Shown: positions 10,720-23,544 of the stretch, piece after piece | How positions within the stretch are numbered: position 1 is the first letter of the stretch | Layout of the letters: every line of letters begins with the position of its first letter | Origin: Octopus bimaculoides | Lineage: Eukaryota | Direction: 5' to 3' | Assembly: GCF_001194135.2 (NCBI RefSeq) | Contig: NC_068998.1 | Span: 26,770,272-26,805,533 of the forward strand | DNA length: 35,262 nt | Notes under the pieces: model-generated | Told to the model about the DNA's origin: nothing | The model's input: the letters and a program-made list of their open reading frames with translations, nothing else | Databases searched by the model: none | Program-made: the position numbers and the translations under genes

Positions 10720-11800
10720 AGTTCAACACATAACATCCCTGGCATTTTATGATGTCAATGGATGACTCGTGCTTTAGGATCGTAATTTGCTAGTGTTGGT
10801 TTGGTGACAACAATTCTGATGATGATTCTATTATAGAAGTCGTGTTTACTTCCAGAGTCCCAGAATCACTGCACTGTCTCGGAGACTTTGGAACTATTGT
10901 TAGGCCACTTCTTTCAGTGTGGCAATTTGAATTTCAGTGTCGTTGTCTTTTGTGACTGAAAGGAGATCAATTGCATTGATGACGTAACTCACAAAAGACC
11001 AAAGTGAAGACGGTCAAGACAAAATAGCCTGGATGAGCTAATTACTTGGTCGTGAATACGGTTTACAGTAAATGTGTCACGCAGTCTGACGTTTGTTAAG
11101 AATCAACAGAAGCAAATGAAGGTCAAAATAGCAGGAAAAACCATGCCAATAGTTAAAAACAAACCTGTAAAATGTTTAGGGCGATGGTAAGCTAACTCGC
11201 TGTCCGATAAGAGTAGCGGCATTGAGATCAAAGTACAAGCCGCGGATGGATGAGGAGCAATAGATAAGTCAAAACTACCGGGAAAATACAAGATTTGATA
11301 TTTGCAGTTTGGTTTTTATCCCTGCCTTGCTTGGCCCCTGCTCATAAACTAAGTAGCATTGTCGAGAGTGGACATCATGGAGCAAAAATGCAGTATCTAT
11401 ATCAGGATATGGCTTGATCTACCTCGCAGGATTAACAGTTGAACACTATATCTGAAGTGAGGGTCTCTTCAACTACCTATAACATCATTCGTTGGTACCT
11501 ACAAAGGTGCGAACAGTTATGATGTTGAAGGTGTCCGATGATGTAGAAAGACGAAATAATCAGCCAGATGGCAAAACTACAAGAAAATGGTGTTAAAACG
11601 AGAGAAGCAGAGGAAACTGAACTGCATTTGATTCTATGCTTTCAAAAAGATCAGATGACCAAACAGGAAGAAGAGGTTATTGGAAGGAAAGTGGGATGAA
11701 ATGAGATGTGAAGTGGGAGCACATCATGATTGAGTTTCTGTCTTCGAGCTACCTATGATTTACTGCCAATCACCTTCAAACAAATGCTATCTTGAAAGCA
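10720..11800 (+). mobile_element. degenerate HERO-like (RLE-type) non-LTR retrotransposon fragment, RT C-terminal half and thumb
   Basis: Hand translation: IDDVT (YxDD position), LDELITWS*IRF, RSLTFVKNQ, MPIVKNKPVKCLGRW, AIDKSKLPGKYKI, AWPLL, IRIWLDLPR, GSLQLPITS, RATYDLLP; matches recalled HERO motifs (PVKSLGRWY, IDK..LPGK.K, RATYD.LP); many stops. Confidence 0.8.
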
Positions 11801-12715
11801 ATCCATGACAGCTGAGAGATCCGACCATTAAGTATGGCCAAAAGGGGATTATAAAACTTGGCTGGAAAGGTAATAAGGATGTGAGGCAAGCACTTGCCTG
11901 TATGGCAAATCAGACCTACATGCCTCCACAATTCGAATGTGGTGACGATCCCGAAATGAACTTAAGATTGAATAAGTTAGCCGATCCAGTAGGAGGAACC
12001 ACATGTAAGTGAGGTGGGAGGGATGCAACGCGCTGCAAGGCTGTCGAGAGGAGGGCCCCGAAACGGTACGTTTTCTCTACGAATGACCCCTGAAACCCAC
12101 TGATGTTCGGTATGCGGAGCTTTTGACCTACTGCACTCGTACCTCTGCTCTATATGGCCTAATTCTGATTTGCTTTCAAGCAATTAGATCTTGGAAAGAG
12201 TATCTCGTATATAAACATTTTCCCTTTTTCTGCATACCGCAGCGAGGGCATATCATTATAACGCTGGAAAATTGCACTACAGAGCTGCGATGAGTAATTT
12301 GAGGAAGATAGATTCTAGAGCCTTATCATCATTAAACACTTGTCCTTACTTTCCAAAAATGTAGCAGTGAAACATCTTTCATACGTGTACGATGAATAAC
12401 ATTTATTTATCTTGCAACGAGTTTCCGCATCACAGGATTGCATCAAGAAACAGATTGCATCTTTCTTGTATCAAGCAGCAGTTGCATCCTTCTTGCAGTT
12501 GTAAATCTTTGTTGTTTCATTTACATCAAAGTATTTCAGACCAGATAAAATAGTGCACTTCGTTTGCTTGGTATAACGCTGTATGTGAGTAGAGACCCAT
12601 ATCTAGTCATATCATCCTTAAGTTCTCTAAAAGATGCATCTTGGTTACTTAGGTGACCTATGACCCCGCCTCAAAAAAAAAATAAACAAAATCACTTCAA
12701 ACGTTTTGTTTCATA

Positions 12716-13530
12716 GGACTAGCATCTGGGAGACATCTTGTACCTTAGTGGGGACAAGCTCGAGTCTTTCGACGTCATCAGATGACTTATGCACTGGACT
12801 TCCGTTTCGCTAATTTGCATTTGCTCCTGCCGAGTAGGGTCCCGTGTTGATATTAAGATACCATCCATAGGGCATTTTGTCTTTAATTCGCCGGTCCAAT
12901 TCTGGAACACAAAATCATTTGTAGAGTTCTATTGGTACCTCTCTCAAAACCCTTTTAACTTATTCGGTATGTGTAAGATTGGCACACTGACAGTGACGCA
13001 TCCAACTTCCAGTAACTAGATCCCAATCTGCGGAGTCACATAAGTCTAACATATATATCGCAATTTGTTGTCTATATATCCGGCGATTTAAAATTGTGGA
13101 GAACCGTTGATACTGCCCAACAGAATACTCTATCTCGATACGATCTGGATGACCCGATGCAGTTTATTCATGCCCACATTGGCACATTTGGTAAATCCAG
13201 TTAGTCCTACACAATCCAGACGTGCATCCAAGACGGCGTTCTAGTATTCCATAAGTACTCAAGATCGAAACGTTCCGAAGAAAACGTCCACCCACGTGAA
13301 GAAATCTGGCAGCACCACCCCTTTCGAGGCATAAATAGCTGCTAATATGAAGACATCCTCTTCGCTGCTGGTCAAATTATCTTCTAAATAATTATCACGA
13401 GATCTATGTCTTTCCGAAAAAACACAGCGATTCCTCTCCTCAGTCTCAGTTGCCTTGAAGATGTACATTTCGTATCCATCAAAATTGAGCGTGAGGGTGT
13501 GTTACTCAGAGATTCCGATCTCGCATTACT
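12716..13530 (-). mobile_element. L1/Tx1-like ORF2 5' fragment (APE endonuclease plus linker), pseudogenised
   Basis: Minus-strand pieces ILAAIYAS, PDFFTWVDVFFGTFRS*VLMEY*NAVLDARLDCVG (decayed GDWN motif), GSSRSYRDRVF (SYLDR motif) and SYWKLDASL (GYWKLN.SLL motif). Confidence 0.75.
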
Positions 13531-14204
13531 AGATACCTACAGAACAGAAATACTATAAACATACAGGAGGGAATTACAAAGCAAGCATTCCCTCGGATAA
13601 GCCAATAATCTCAAACAGTACTACCGAGAAAGAAATCAGTTTTAATCAGTCTGGACAAATGATAATATATATCTCTAAAATAAATTCATAAATTATCCAA
13701 ATATAAACGTCTGGAAATGCAGAGCACCAGAACTTTCGTGCAAAAAACAGCAACAATCTCTATAGTAATAGACTCTTGTGTGAATTATATTAAAAAGAAA
13801 TTGAGCAAAAACCTAACCAAAACCCCAGTGTTTACACAAACAATACAGAAAATAGCCTAACTAGTCATTGTACATACGTTATGCAGAGTAATTTTACTTC
13901 AGACCACCAAAACAAAACAAAACACCGCACGTACAGAGACGCACGTACTTGCAGAGCAAAAGTAAGGAGTAAGAATATGGCCTTAAAAATAACAAATATT
14001 ACCGTTGCTCCTACATACACATAATACAAGCATACTCAGTGTAGAGGTTTCTGAAAAATAAATAATTTCTGAGATAAAATTCTTATAGCAATACTCAAGT
14101 TTTGTTAATGAGATAGCACTATGGCCAAAACGCACGATTGTGCATAAATAATAACACTGATGACAACCGCATCGCCGACACCCATCACCAACGAGACGGC
14201 GTCA

Positions 14205-14325
14205 ATGACGATGATCATGATTATGATTAGGATTGTGATCATCACCGCTGTCATCATCGTCGTCGTCATGGGGCGGGGTTGGCGGTGGCGGCGGTGGTGG
14301 CGGCGGTGGTGGCGGCGGAGGCAGT
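14205..14325. repeat. GC-rich mixed trinucleotide repeat (GAT/CAT/CGT then GGC/GGT)
   Basis: atgacgatgatcatg...catcatcgtcgtcgtc...ggcggtggcggcggtggtggcggcggtggtggcggcgg; source of poly-P and poly-D ORFs. Confidence 0.85.
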
Positions 14326-14589
14326 GCCGATGTCAACAACAGTAACATCAAGCGATATACATTAGAAGGACTTCTTAATATATTCTCAACACGTAAAACC
14401 AGATTATTTTCCTTTTCATTTTCTATTTGCACGAAGTTCTAAATTACAGGATTTCCCATTATAAAACACACCTTTCCACAGCAAATGTCAACAACTATTA
14501 TCTATATTGCATGTTGATTTATTTCTGGTTTTCAAAAATACAATTTGCTATTGTTCTTTTGACGTGTGGAACTTGCGCAATTTTTTCAC

Positions 14590-14785
14590 CCGGAATACAT
14601 AAACATGCATGCATGCATACATACATAGATACACACATACATACATACATACATACATACATACATACATACATACACACATATATACATGACTACATAG
14701 ACGCATGCTTCTAGTTACATGTGTATGTGTGTATGTGTGTGCATGTGTGTGTGTATGCATACACGCAGACATTCACACACATGTA
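14590..14785. repeat. (CATA)n and (GT)n/(GTAT)n compound microsatellite
   Basis: Direct reading. Confidence 0.9.
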
Positions 14786-15189
14786 TATATATTTCAAAAT
14801 GTCGTTTGCAATGAATCTCAATTTCTAAGTGGCCTTTTGATTCTAATACCACAAATAATACTCCCGAACTATTAAAGATTGACTTCAGGTTTGAAATATT
14901 AGTGAAATATCTATTTTTTTCTGTGTAGAAATTTATGAGCAATATTGTCATTGAATACTGATTTTCAATCTCTGGCTCACTGTTTTTACTATCCGCGAAA
15001 GTAACAAAGGAGTTTTTGTAAAACGGTGCAAAACAATTATCGGGAGGGTCTCCATTCAATAAGTATCGATTTTATAGTCGATCGCATCCTTCGCCGATAT
15101 ACATCACCGAACCGTATACATACAAATATGTAGGTATGTATGTAGGCATACATACATGTGTTTATTTGTGTGTGTGTGTGTGTGTGTAT

Positions 15190-18165
15190 GTTATGGGGGT
15201 GTCTATCAATATTTATTCCTAAACATTCTTTCTTCCTAATATTGTTTTTTTGCGACAACGCGGTATCGCATAGGGAGATGGTAACTCGATGACCTTTTCG
15301 GGCAGCCGCTAATCACATGTGCGATGTCTTCCACAGAAATATGACGTCATTAACATTTACGGTTGCATTTTGGGACTCCAGGGGCTTCGCTGACTCTTTT
15401 ACTTATTAGGTATTTCATAGTAATCTCTTGTTTTTTTGTTGTTTTTTTTTTGTATGGCAAATGCAAAGCCTTCGAAGTGTAATGTGATGTAGCGGTCACG
15501 ATTCCAAAAGAGGCTGCGCTTCATGTCAACATTCCTGTCTTCATATCCTCGGGAAGAATATCCATCTGTGGTCTTTCAATTTTTTTTTTCTTACATACTG
15601 GTATGGTGTTGTATAGGAGGTCATCAGGAAGAGAGTGTTTCCGGATGAGCTCGTTGCTGGCGTGAAGGGTATTGTTCTTTTCATTGATCATCACTAAGTC
15701 AATGTATTTGGTTTTGCTGCCGTTGCTTAGCAAGTGTTGTCTGAGAGAGACGATACGTCATTCGAAGGTTATCTGCACTGATCTCAGGCCTCTACCACCT
15801 TTAGCTCTTTTTAGGTAGAGCCTGTCGATATCACTATTTCTGTGGAGATTTCCAGCTGATGTTAGTTCCTTGCAGGTTTTAACGTCCATAGAGTGAGTTT
15901 CTTCTACAGACCAGCGAAGTATCCCTAATGTTGGAATCGGTGGTGGTACTGCAAATGCATTGTGGGATATTGTCTTGTTATAAGAGGATAGTTACGACAG
16001 CCATATTTTTCTAAGTCTGGCATAAACTCTCGGATCACCCCGTCTTTATTCACAGTACCTTCTTATGATATATTTTCCTCAATGCCTAGGTATTTACAGC
16101 ATTCTTTGTGTGGGACAGGAGAGATAGAGCATCCATTGATGCACATGTTTGGGGGCTGGGGGACTGATTTTCTACGTTCAACAATCAATTATGAACATTT
16201 CTTTTGACCAAATTCCATTCCTATGTCAGTTGAAAATGTTATTGACTCTAGCTTAACAATTTTAACATAAATATTGAGGACATCGACGTAGAAATTATGG
16301 GTTACATTAATGCCTCTAGCATTTGCAGACCCTAGCATGTAGCCATTTTACTTTTGTAGCAGGAATAATGGATTTAATGCCAAAAGGATAAGAATTACAG
16401 AAAGACTATCTCCTTGGAATATTCCCTTTGAAATATTTACATATCATTGCAGACGATCGTTCCGCTCTCAGTTCTAAGTGTAAGAATTCTTACCCAGCTC
16501 TTTGTGAGTTTCTAAATGCAGCACTTAAGGTAGCAGGCACTTTGCCAAATGTAGAGACTTCAGCAGCCATGTGTGGGTTAGAGTCAAATGCCTCCCAATA
16601 ATCAAGTCACACTGTTGCAACGCTCCTACGATGTTTTTTCACTTCATACAATACAGCTTTCTGCTTAAAAAGTTGTTCGGTACATTCGCAATCCCTTCGT
16701 CAGTTGTGCTCACAATGATACTGCAAGAATTGATTGAGACAGCTTGTGTACAGTTTATACGTAATGTTTAGGCAACTAATGGATCTATAGTTTTCTGGCA
16801 ACTCGATGGTTTCATTCTTGGCTACAAGATTCGTCCGTTCTATAGAAAGCCAATTTGGTGTGTCAATCTGACCCTTCATAATGTTTTTGAATATACTTAT
16901 TGGTGGTTTCCTGTATAATGTCAGCCTCTCATAACAGTATCCAACTATTAGACCCTTTCAAGATGCCTTCCCATTATGCAGTTTGCCTACATCTATGATG
17001 AAAGTTTTCAGGTCAATTGCATATGTTTCACTGTTGATGTTGGTACAGTTTTATCTCCTTACTGCATTTACCCACGATGCATTAAGGTTCAAAGCCTTCT
17101 TTTCGTTCCAGATCTTCAACTAGATTAATTCAAGATCTTCTTGGGAGGAGGGCTTTCTTAATGGTAATATTTTCCTTCCTCATTTCTCTGAATAATGTCT
17201 GTGGGTTAGAAGGTTTTCGCTCACCGCGCTGGGCTCATATTTTAGAGTAATTAAACTTCCCCCAAGAGCTTGGTGTGAAGAGTCGCCATAGAGTTTTGTT
17301 AATTTATTCATAAGATTATCTGATACGGTGTAAACTCATTATTCCTGTTACATTTATTATCGTGGTTAACCATTCAATATGGAGGCACAGAATGCTTACG
17401 GTTTCTTCAAGTTTTGTTTACCATCTAGTTTGCTTCCATTTAGTAGTTTCGTTACCATGTATACTGCTTATTTCTCCAAGGCGTTCTTTAATGATAGCAG
17501 TTGTGTATATGAAGGTATTAATATTCCAGTAATTAACATAACATGTTTCCATGAGCTCTCCAGGGACATCGTCGATAACATTCAACATTAGAGCTGTTGA
17601 AGTTTTTCTTAGTCTTGTTAAGAATGGCCTGTCGCTTAACGATAGTTTCAAAAAGGTAGAAAAGTTTTCGAAGAACTGTGGTTTCAGGGGCTGTTTCTAA
17701 GTTGAATATATTCCACTGTTGTCTCTATTGACTCAGCTACATTTAGAAGGACACCAGAATTTAGTGATAACGGCAGCGGCTCCTTTACATTATTTCCTAT
17801 CTCTCCTCTGTCAGGCTTTGCCCAGTTCTCTGTGTTTTTGAGAAAATCCATTTACATCACGAGAGCAAGCCACTATTTTTTTAATGTAAGAAGCTTGTTC
17901 TCGAAGATGTTTTGCAGTAAAGGTGCTAAAGTTGAGGGTGATCTTCAACCCAGTTTTGTTTTAACCGTTTCATATATCCGATAGAAGAGTCCTCACGGGC
18001 TTTTTCATAGCGTTGCTGTTAAATGAGAGGAGTACTTACGTATTCACAGATAGCGTCCTCGTGCTATAGTGCTGTTTTCGTCAGTGGTGGTGTTATCTAC
18101 TTCAGCCATGGTCGTGTTAGCGAAATTCCTCGGGCTATGCGGTATATCTATAAGATTCATTCAGA
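15190..18165 (-). mobile_element. long degenerate R4/Dong-like non-LTR retrotransposon, N-terminal domain through CCHC knuckle, RLE domain missing
   Basis: Hand translation: GYMKRLKQNWVEDHP/HLREQASYIKK (N-terminal domain), KLHNGKA, PENYRSISCLNITYKLYTS, LDYWEAFDS, GIFQGDSLS, THNFYVDV, FSTDIGMEFGQKKC, LHRNSDIDRLYLKRAKGGRGL, FEGFAFAIQ, EDIAHVISGCPK; many stops and frameshifts; ends at a (GT)n tract near 15190. Confidence 0.88.
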
Positions 18166-18289
18166 ATAACGCTACCTTGGTAAGTAAAACGATTTTCTCC
18201 TATTTAAAATTGGAGAAATACACGCTGAGACCGGTATATTGCTGCACAAGATAAATATTTTGAAAGAGATGATGCTTAAACACATACAC

Positions 18290-18430
18290 ACACACACGCA
18301 CACACAAACACACACAAACACACACAAACACACACACATATAAACATACACATACAACGGACTTCTATACATTTTCTGTCTTATAAATTGTATTCGCAAG
18401 ATACTAGACAACCCGGTAGTCTAAAAGTGG
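18290..18430 (-). mobile_element. highly degenerate fragment of the CORE-like SINE family of 7490-7952
   Basis: (CA)-rich tract followed by caacggacttctatacattttctgtcttataaattg resembles gcgacgggcttctttaaggttttgtctacgaaatcc at 7805-7845. Confidence 0.4.
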
Positions 18431-19640
18431 TGAACTTCAAATGGGATCGAACTTGGAATTATATAACATATAGCAATGTTGTTTTAGTTTTCGTATGTAG
18501 GCATAATTAACAATACATTCATAGTAAAAAGGAATAGTATGTCGTGGGATGCATTCATTTTCCAGTAACATTTGACATAAAAAGTGATTTGAAATATCCA
18601 ACTGAGAATTGAAACCATGGCGCTTTTTCTTGAGTGAATTTTTTAACATAAAACTTGAAATATAAAGTAAAATAAAACAATATTTTTTTGCTCATTTTTT
18701 AATGTATTTTTTCCTTTATTTATATTTTTTGCATTTATTTCTTTGGTCAAAGCTAATTGGTCCATTCAGTACAGATAGAGATTTCCCAGTCGATTCTATA
18801 AACAGATTCACAAAGAAACGTTTCTTTAAAAATGTGTCAGAATCATTGATGGAATAAATAGCTAACGGTTAGTGACATGCCTAAATAGTTATGGAACGAT
18901 CAACATTAAAAATAATTACAAGAAAATAAATGTCATTGAATTAAAAGAGAAGTTGAAGAGTAAAAATAGATGGAAATTGACGGAAACGAAAATTACAGAA
19001 GAATTTCATCCATTCTTAGTCATATTGGTTGTATGTACTGGCGAGTTTTTTTTTTCTTACTTTCCATTCAGGAGCAAAACAGTAATGTGAGTAGAAATTG
19101 TAAGAAACAACGTGTGGTATACTTATACTAATATAAAGCAAATGTAATACGTAATTGGCGATGTCTTTAAGTATCTTCTCTGGTTGAAAGCAGTTTCTTA
19201 ATTTGATTCAACCTGTCCGTTTCTACATTCTAACGAAATTGGTTCAAAGGAAACTTCTATCAACAATCCCCAAGAAATTTCTCATCGTTCGCTTTAAACT
19301 GTGCAATCTAAATTTAATCCATAATTGTAAGCTAGTTCTCCTGGAATGATTATCTATGTTATTACTTTCTACATGCTTAGAATGAGATCTACCTTAGAGG
19401 TACACAAGTTCACGTACGTACACACACATATGCATAAGTGGATTTTGAGTGCATCTGTGTATGTGTGAGCGTGTGCGCGCGAGTGTGCGTGTGTGTTAAT
19501 GTATAGTGTATACTTAGATAGATATTTACATAGTCTAATGTACAGTATAACTGTATATGTGTTTGTATGATTAAAGAGAGGAGGTGGAGAAAGGAAGAGA
19601 GCAAACGAGAAAGAGTAAAAGTGAGCGAATAGAGATTCGA

Positions 19641-19642
<2 letters not shown>

Positions 19643-19722
<80 letters not shown>

Positions 19723-19730
19723 ACACACAA
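19643..19730. repeat. (CA)n microsatellite
   Basis: Direct reading. Confidence 0.97.
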
Positions 19731-19769
19731 ACACACAAACACGTATGCATATATATACATACATATATA

Positions 19770-21026
19770 CAGGGGTGGGACAACATAATGGAAACACCTA
19801 GCATCATAGCATCATAATTTTGAAATATCTATAAAACCGTCAAAAGCTTGTTTTTTTTTCATTTATTATTAGTGTATTATTATTACCTTTGCTAAAATTT
19901 TTGTTTCTTTTCAGATATCATGAGAAAAAGGTAATTAAAATTTATTAAACTGACTGATCAATTGGACTTTCAAAGAGGTCAAATTGTTGGTGCTTGTATA
20001 GCAGACGCTAGCGTAACGAAAACAGCCGAAATGTTTGGTGTATGAAGAAGTGCTGTCTCGAAAGTAATGACAGCCTTTGAGAAAGAGGGAAAAACCGCCT
20101 CGTCGAAACAAAACTCTGGAAGAAAGCAAAAACTTTCTGATAGGGACCGTCCAACTCTTACGCGAATTGTTAGAAAAGATCACAAAAGTACAACTCCTAA
20201 AATTACTGTAGAGCTTAATGACCACCTCGAGAACCCAGTTTCCACAAAAACTGTTCGCCGTGAGCTGCAGAAAGCTGGATTTCACAGGAGGGCTGCAATC
20301 AGAAAACCACTACTTTCAAAAACAATTGTTGCAAGGCGTTTAGAGTGGAGTAAAAACCTACAGAATTGGTCCCTAGAGCAGTGGAAGAATGTTATTTTCT
20401 CGGACGAGTAATCCCTTACCTTATTTCCGACCACTGGCCGAGTATACGTGTGGAGACAGCCAAAAGAAGCATTTGACCCAGACTGCCTTCTTCCAACTGT
20501 TAAACATGGAGAATGATCTGTGATGATCTGGGGGGCTATCCTGGAAATCAACCGGCCTAATGGTTTCCCTTCATGGCAGAATTAATAGTCAAGACTATTT
20601 AAGCATTTTATCTGATCAAATTCATACTATGGTTGCGGAACTGTTTCCGGAGGGAAACGTAATCTTTCAGGATGACAATGCACCAATTCACACAGCTAAA
20701 GTTGATACTGAATGGCATGAGGAACATTCTAGTGAAGTTGAACATCTTATCTGGCCACCACAGTCCCCAGATCTCAATATTATTGAATATTTATGGTGCA
20801 TTTTAGAAAAACAAGTAAGGAGTTGATATCCTCCACTATCATCACTACAAGAACTGGAGACTGTTTTAGCTGAAGAATGGACAAAAATTCAAAATTTGTA
20901 CGAGTCCATACCTCGTAGAATTACTGCCAAATTACTGTAATTACTGCCAAAGGCGGTCCTACCCAATAGTAAAATGAATTTGTTTGAAATTTTAAGGTGT
21001 TTCCATTATTTTGTCCAACCCCTATG
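19770..21026 (+). mobile_element. near full-length Tc1-like DNA transposon, DD36E (Incomer-type), about 1.26 kb, TA TSD
   Basis: Left TIR caggggtgggacaacataatggaaacacct (19770-19799) versus reverse complement of right end cataggggttggacaaaataatggaaacacct (20995-21026; two mismatches plus a 2-nt insertion); TA at 19768-19769 and 21027-21028; internal transposase remnant. Confidence 0.93.
19950..20969 (+). pseudogene. Tc1-family transposase pseudogene (DD36E)
   Basis: DFQRGQIVGA, SGRKQKLSDRD, VRREL, NVIFSDE, KHGE*SVMIWGA, FQDDNAPIH, WPPQSPDLNIIE, SIPRRI, AKGGPT; 36 residues between D of DNAP and E of NIIE; start codon decayed (CTG), at least four premature stops and one frameshift near 20541. 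Confidence 0.92.
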
Positions 21027-21124
21027 TACATATATATACACACACACATACACACATAATCATGTACACTTACACACACATGCAGATAAACAGATAGTCA
21101 GACACTCAAATAGACAAAGAGAAA

Positions 21125-21143
21125 GACAGACAGTCAGACAGAC

Positions 21144-21187
<44 letters not shown>

Positions 21188-21200
21188 GGATAGATAGATA
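21125..21200. repeat. (GACA)n/(GATA)n microsatellite
   Basis: Direct reading. Confidence 0.92.
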
Positions 21201-21380
21201 AGAAACAGGAAACAAGGAAGTATGTGGATGAGGCGCAGCAAATAGAAAGAGGAGGAGATGAATAACGTTGCCGGAAAATGTTTCCTATAATGAAAGAGAA
21301 TGAAGAGAACGAAGTAAGTAGATAATAATACTTTTGATAGCATTTTATAGGATAATAATCGTCTAACTAGTGATTTGCTG

Positions 21381-21498
21381 ATTTAGCCCAAGTGGTAGCG
21401 ATGCTATCTACAGACATGGACTCTATACTTATCAACGGAATATCGTCTCCACTAAGTTTAGCCACACCTTGAAAGACGTCCATCAGTCTAGTTCTATT
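21381..21498 (+). repeat. unassigned 118-bp dispersed repeat, copy 1
   Basis: atttagcccaagtggtagcgat...acggaatatcgtctccactaagtttagccacaccttgaaagacgtccatcagtctagttctatt; near-identical to 23797-23913. Confidence 0.9.
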
Positions 21499-21741
21499 GA
21501 TTTCTTTCAAACAAGCCATTATTTTCTCACAACAACAATAATAATAATAACAATTATTATTATTGTTTTTATTGCTATTGTTGTTGTTGTAACTGGTGTT
21601 GTCGCGTTAGTGCTCTTGTCGCTGTTGTTATTGTAGTTGTTACTATTTTTATTATTATTTGATCTCGCAGCAATGAAAATTATTAGTGAACGTAAAGTTA
21701 CTTATCTTCCAATCGTTATCGCTCTCCAGCTCACTCTCACA

Positions 21742-21752
<11 letters not shown>

Positions 21753-21812
<60 letters not shown>
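21753..21812. repeat. (CT)n microsatellite
   Basis: Direct reading. Confidence 0.97.
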
Positions 21813-21817
<5 letters not shown>

Positions 21818-22879
21818 GTCTCTACCTGCTTGATTTATTACTACTGTTAATAAAAGAAAACAAAACTATGAAAACATCAACTAAACAACAAACGCTTTTT
21901 TTATAGATGCAAAATTATGGTAAAGAGAAAATCTGATATTGGGAGCATTTGATTATAAATATAGAATATAACCGACATCGAACCCCGTGGCACAGGGTTA
22001 CTGCAGCCAAAAAAATCCTTATTTGATGCGTGATCATTGATAGTTGATATCAAGAGACAAGAGCATACAGATACAAAGTGTGTGTGTGTGTGTGTGTGTG
22101 TGTGTCTGTGTGTGTGTCTGTGTGTGTGTCTGTGTGTGTTGTTATGTTTTCTCTTAAGAACATCTTCACGTAAAGAGCAAAATAAATCAATATATATATA
22201 ATGTTTGCATTATTTTATTAGTTTATAAAGTTAACTTTGGTTTCGGTCCTTGGCGACCGCGTTCACTAGTGACTACAGCCAAAGTGAGGGCTAAAGAGAT
22301 GTTTTACAAGAGAAAATAGTACAGCGTTAAATTACTATTTTGTCTTACGGTTCCCAACCCCTCTGTATCGTGCTTATGTTTAAATACATATATAGCCAGA
22401 TCTAATGCTTGCGCACTAGACTCAAAAGAAATCGCAAGAGGATAATCTTAAATAAAATGTGTGAATATACTTAAATGGACCAACGTTGATAACTACTATG
22501 TTTAAATTGAGGCTAAAAATGTGGTATAGAATTAAGTTAAGAAGACTGAAAATAGCTTGACCTGTAGCCTAAAAGGCTAGATAGAATGCCAACACTCAGA
22601 ATAGTCTTTACAACTACACGATCTAGCAACCACACCGACACGCACGCACACAAGTGTCCACATTGAGGTAAAATGTACCTAAGTTTACTATACTGGCAAG
22701 AAAACACAGACACATTAAAATCATGCACACCCATATATAATCATACAGATGGTATATAGATACTTAAATAAACTTACAAGCCAAGATATATAGATCAAGA
22801 CATTTATATGCTTACATATAAGCATACATAAAAAAAATTCTCCGAGACAATTATTTGTGCGTGTGTACATATTATTTGT

Positions 22880-22910
22880 GCGTGTGTATGAATGTATGGA
22901 TATATGTATG

Positions 22911-22941
<31 letters not shown>

Positions 22942-23070
22942 ACGTATATATATATATGTATGTATGTATGTATGCATGTATATATGTATGTATGCATATA
23001 TGTATGCAGGTATGTATGTATGCATGTTTGTATGTATGTATATATGTATATATATATGTATGTATGCATG

Positions 23071-23104
<34 letters not shown>

Positions 23105-23170
23105 TGTATGTTTGTATGTATATATATATATATATATGTATGTATGTACGTATGTATGTATAGACAGATA
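22880..23170. repeat. long imperfect (TATG)n/(TA)n microsatellite
   Basis: Direct reading; source of the MYVC/HTYI ORFs. Confidence 0.95.
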
Positions 23171-23544
23171 GATAAACTCACAGAGGTAGAGACATACATG
23201 AACTCAAATTTAGCCACATATATATATCTTCACAGATAAATTCATACACATTCACTAAAAGCTTAAATATATTGAAGTATAAAGAAACATATACACATAA
23301 TGCTTGCCTTTGAGGGACACATTCACACACACACAGATGTATGCACACGCATATATGTATACAGGGACATCGCTGTGTTGCTTCATTTTCATTTACAAAC
23401 AATAATTGCTAACACATATACATATACACATTCTTACATATACGTATGTATAATTTCCACACATAATTACACACACATGCACACACGCGCACGCAGACAC
23501 ATTCAAACATACACAAACACACATATATTTATATATATAGGGAG

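Noticed and set aside
11900-12700. Higher-complexity stretch between the HERO and Tx1 fragments, with short ttgcatc repeats
   Set aside because: Probably another decayed element, but no motif, TIR or TSD could be assigned by eye.
13525-13550. Splice acceptor (tttctgttctgtag on the minus strand) opening a host exon
   Set aside because: The downstream sequence is a stop-riddled L1/Tx1-like APE remnant, with no open exon frame or matching donor.
14715-15110. 114-aa minus-strand ORF (MNGDPPDNCF...) as a gene or as the missing RLE domain
   Set aside because: No recognisable motif, no PD-(D/E)xK pattern, and it ends in a microsatellite.
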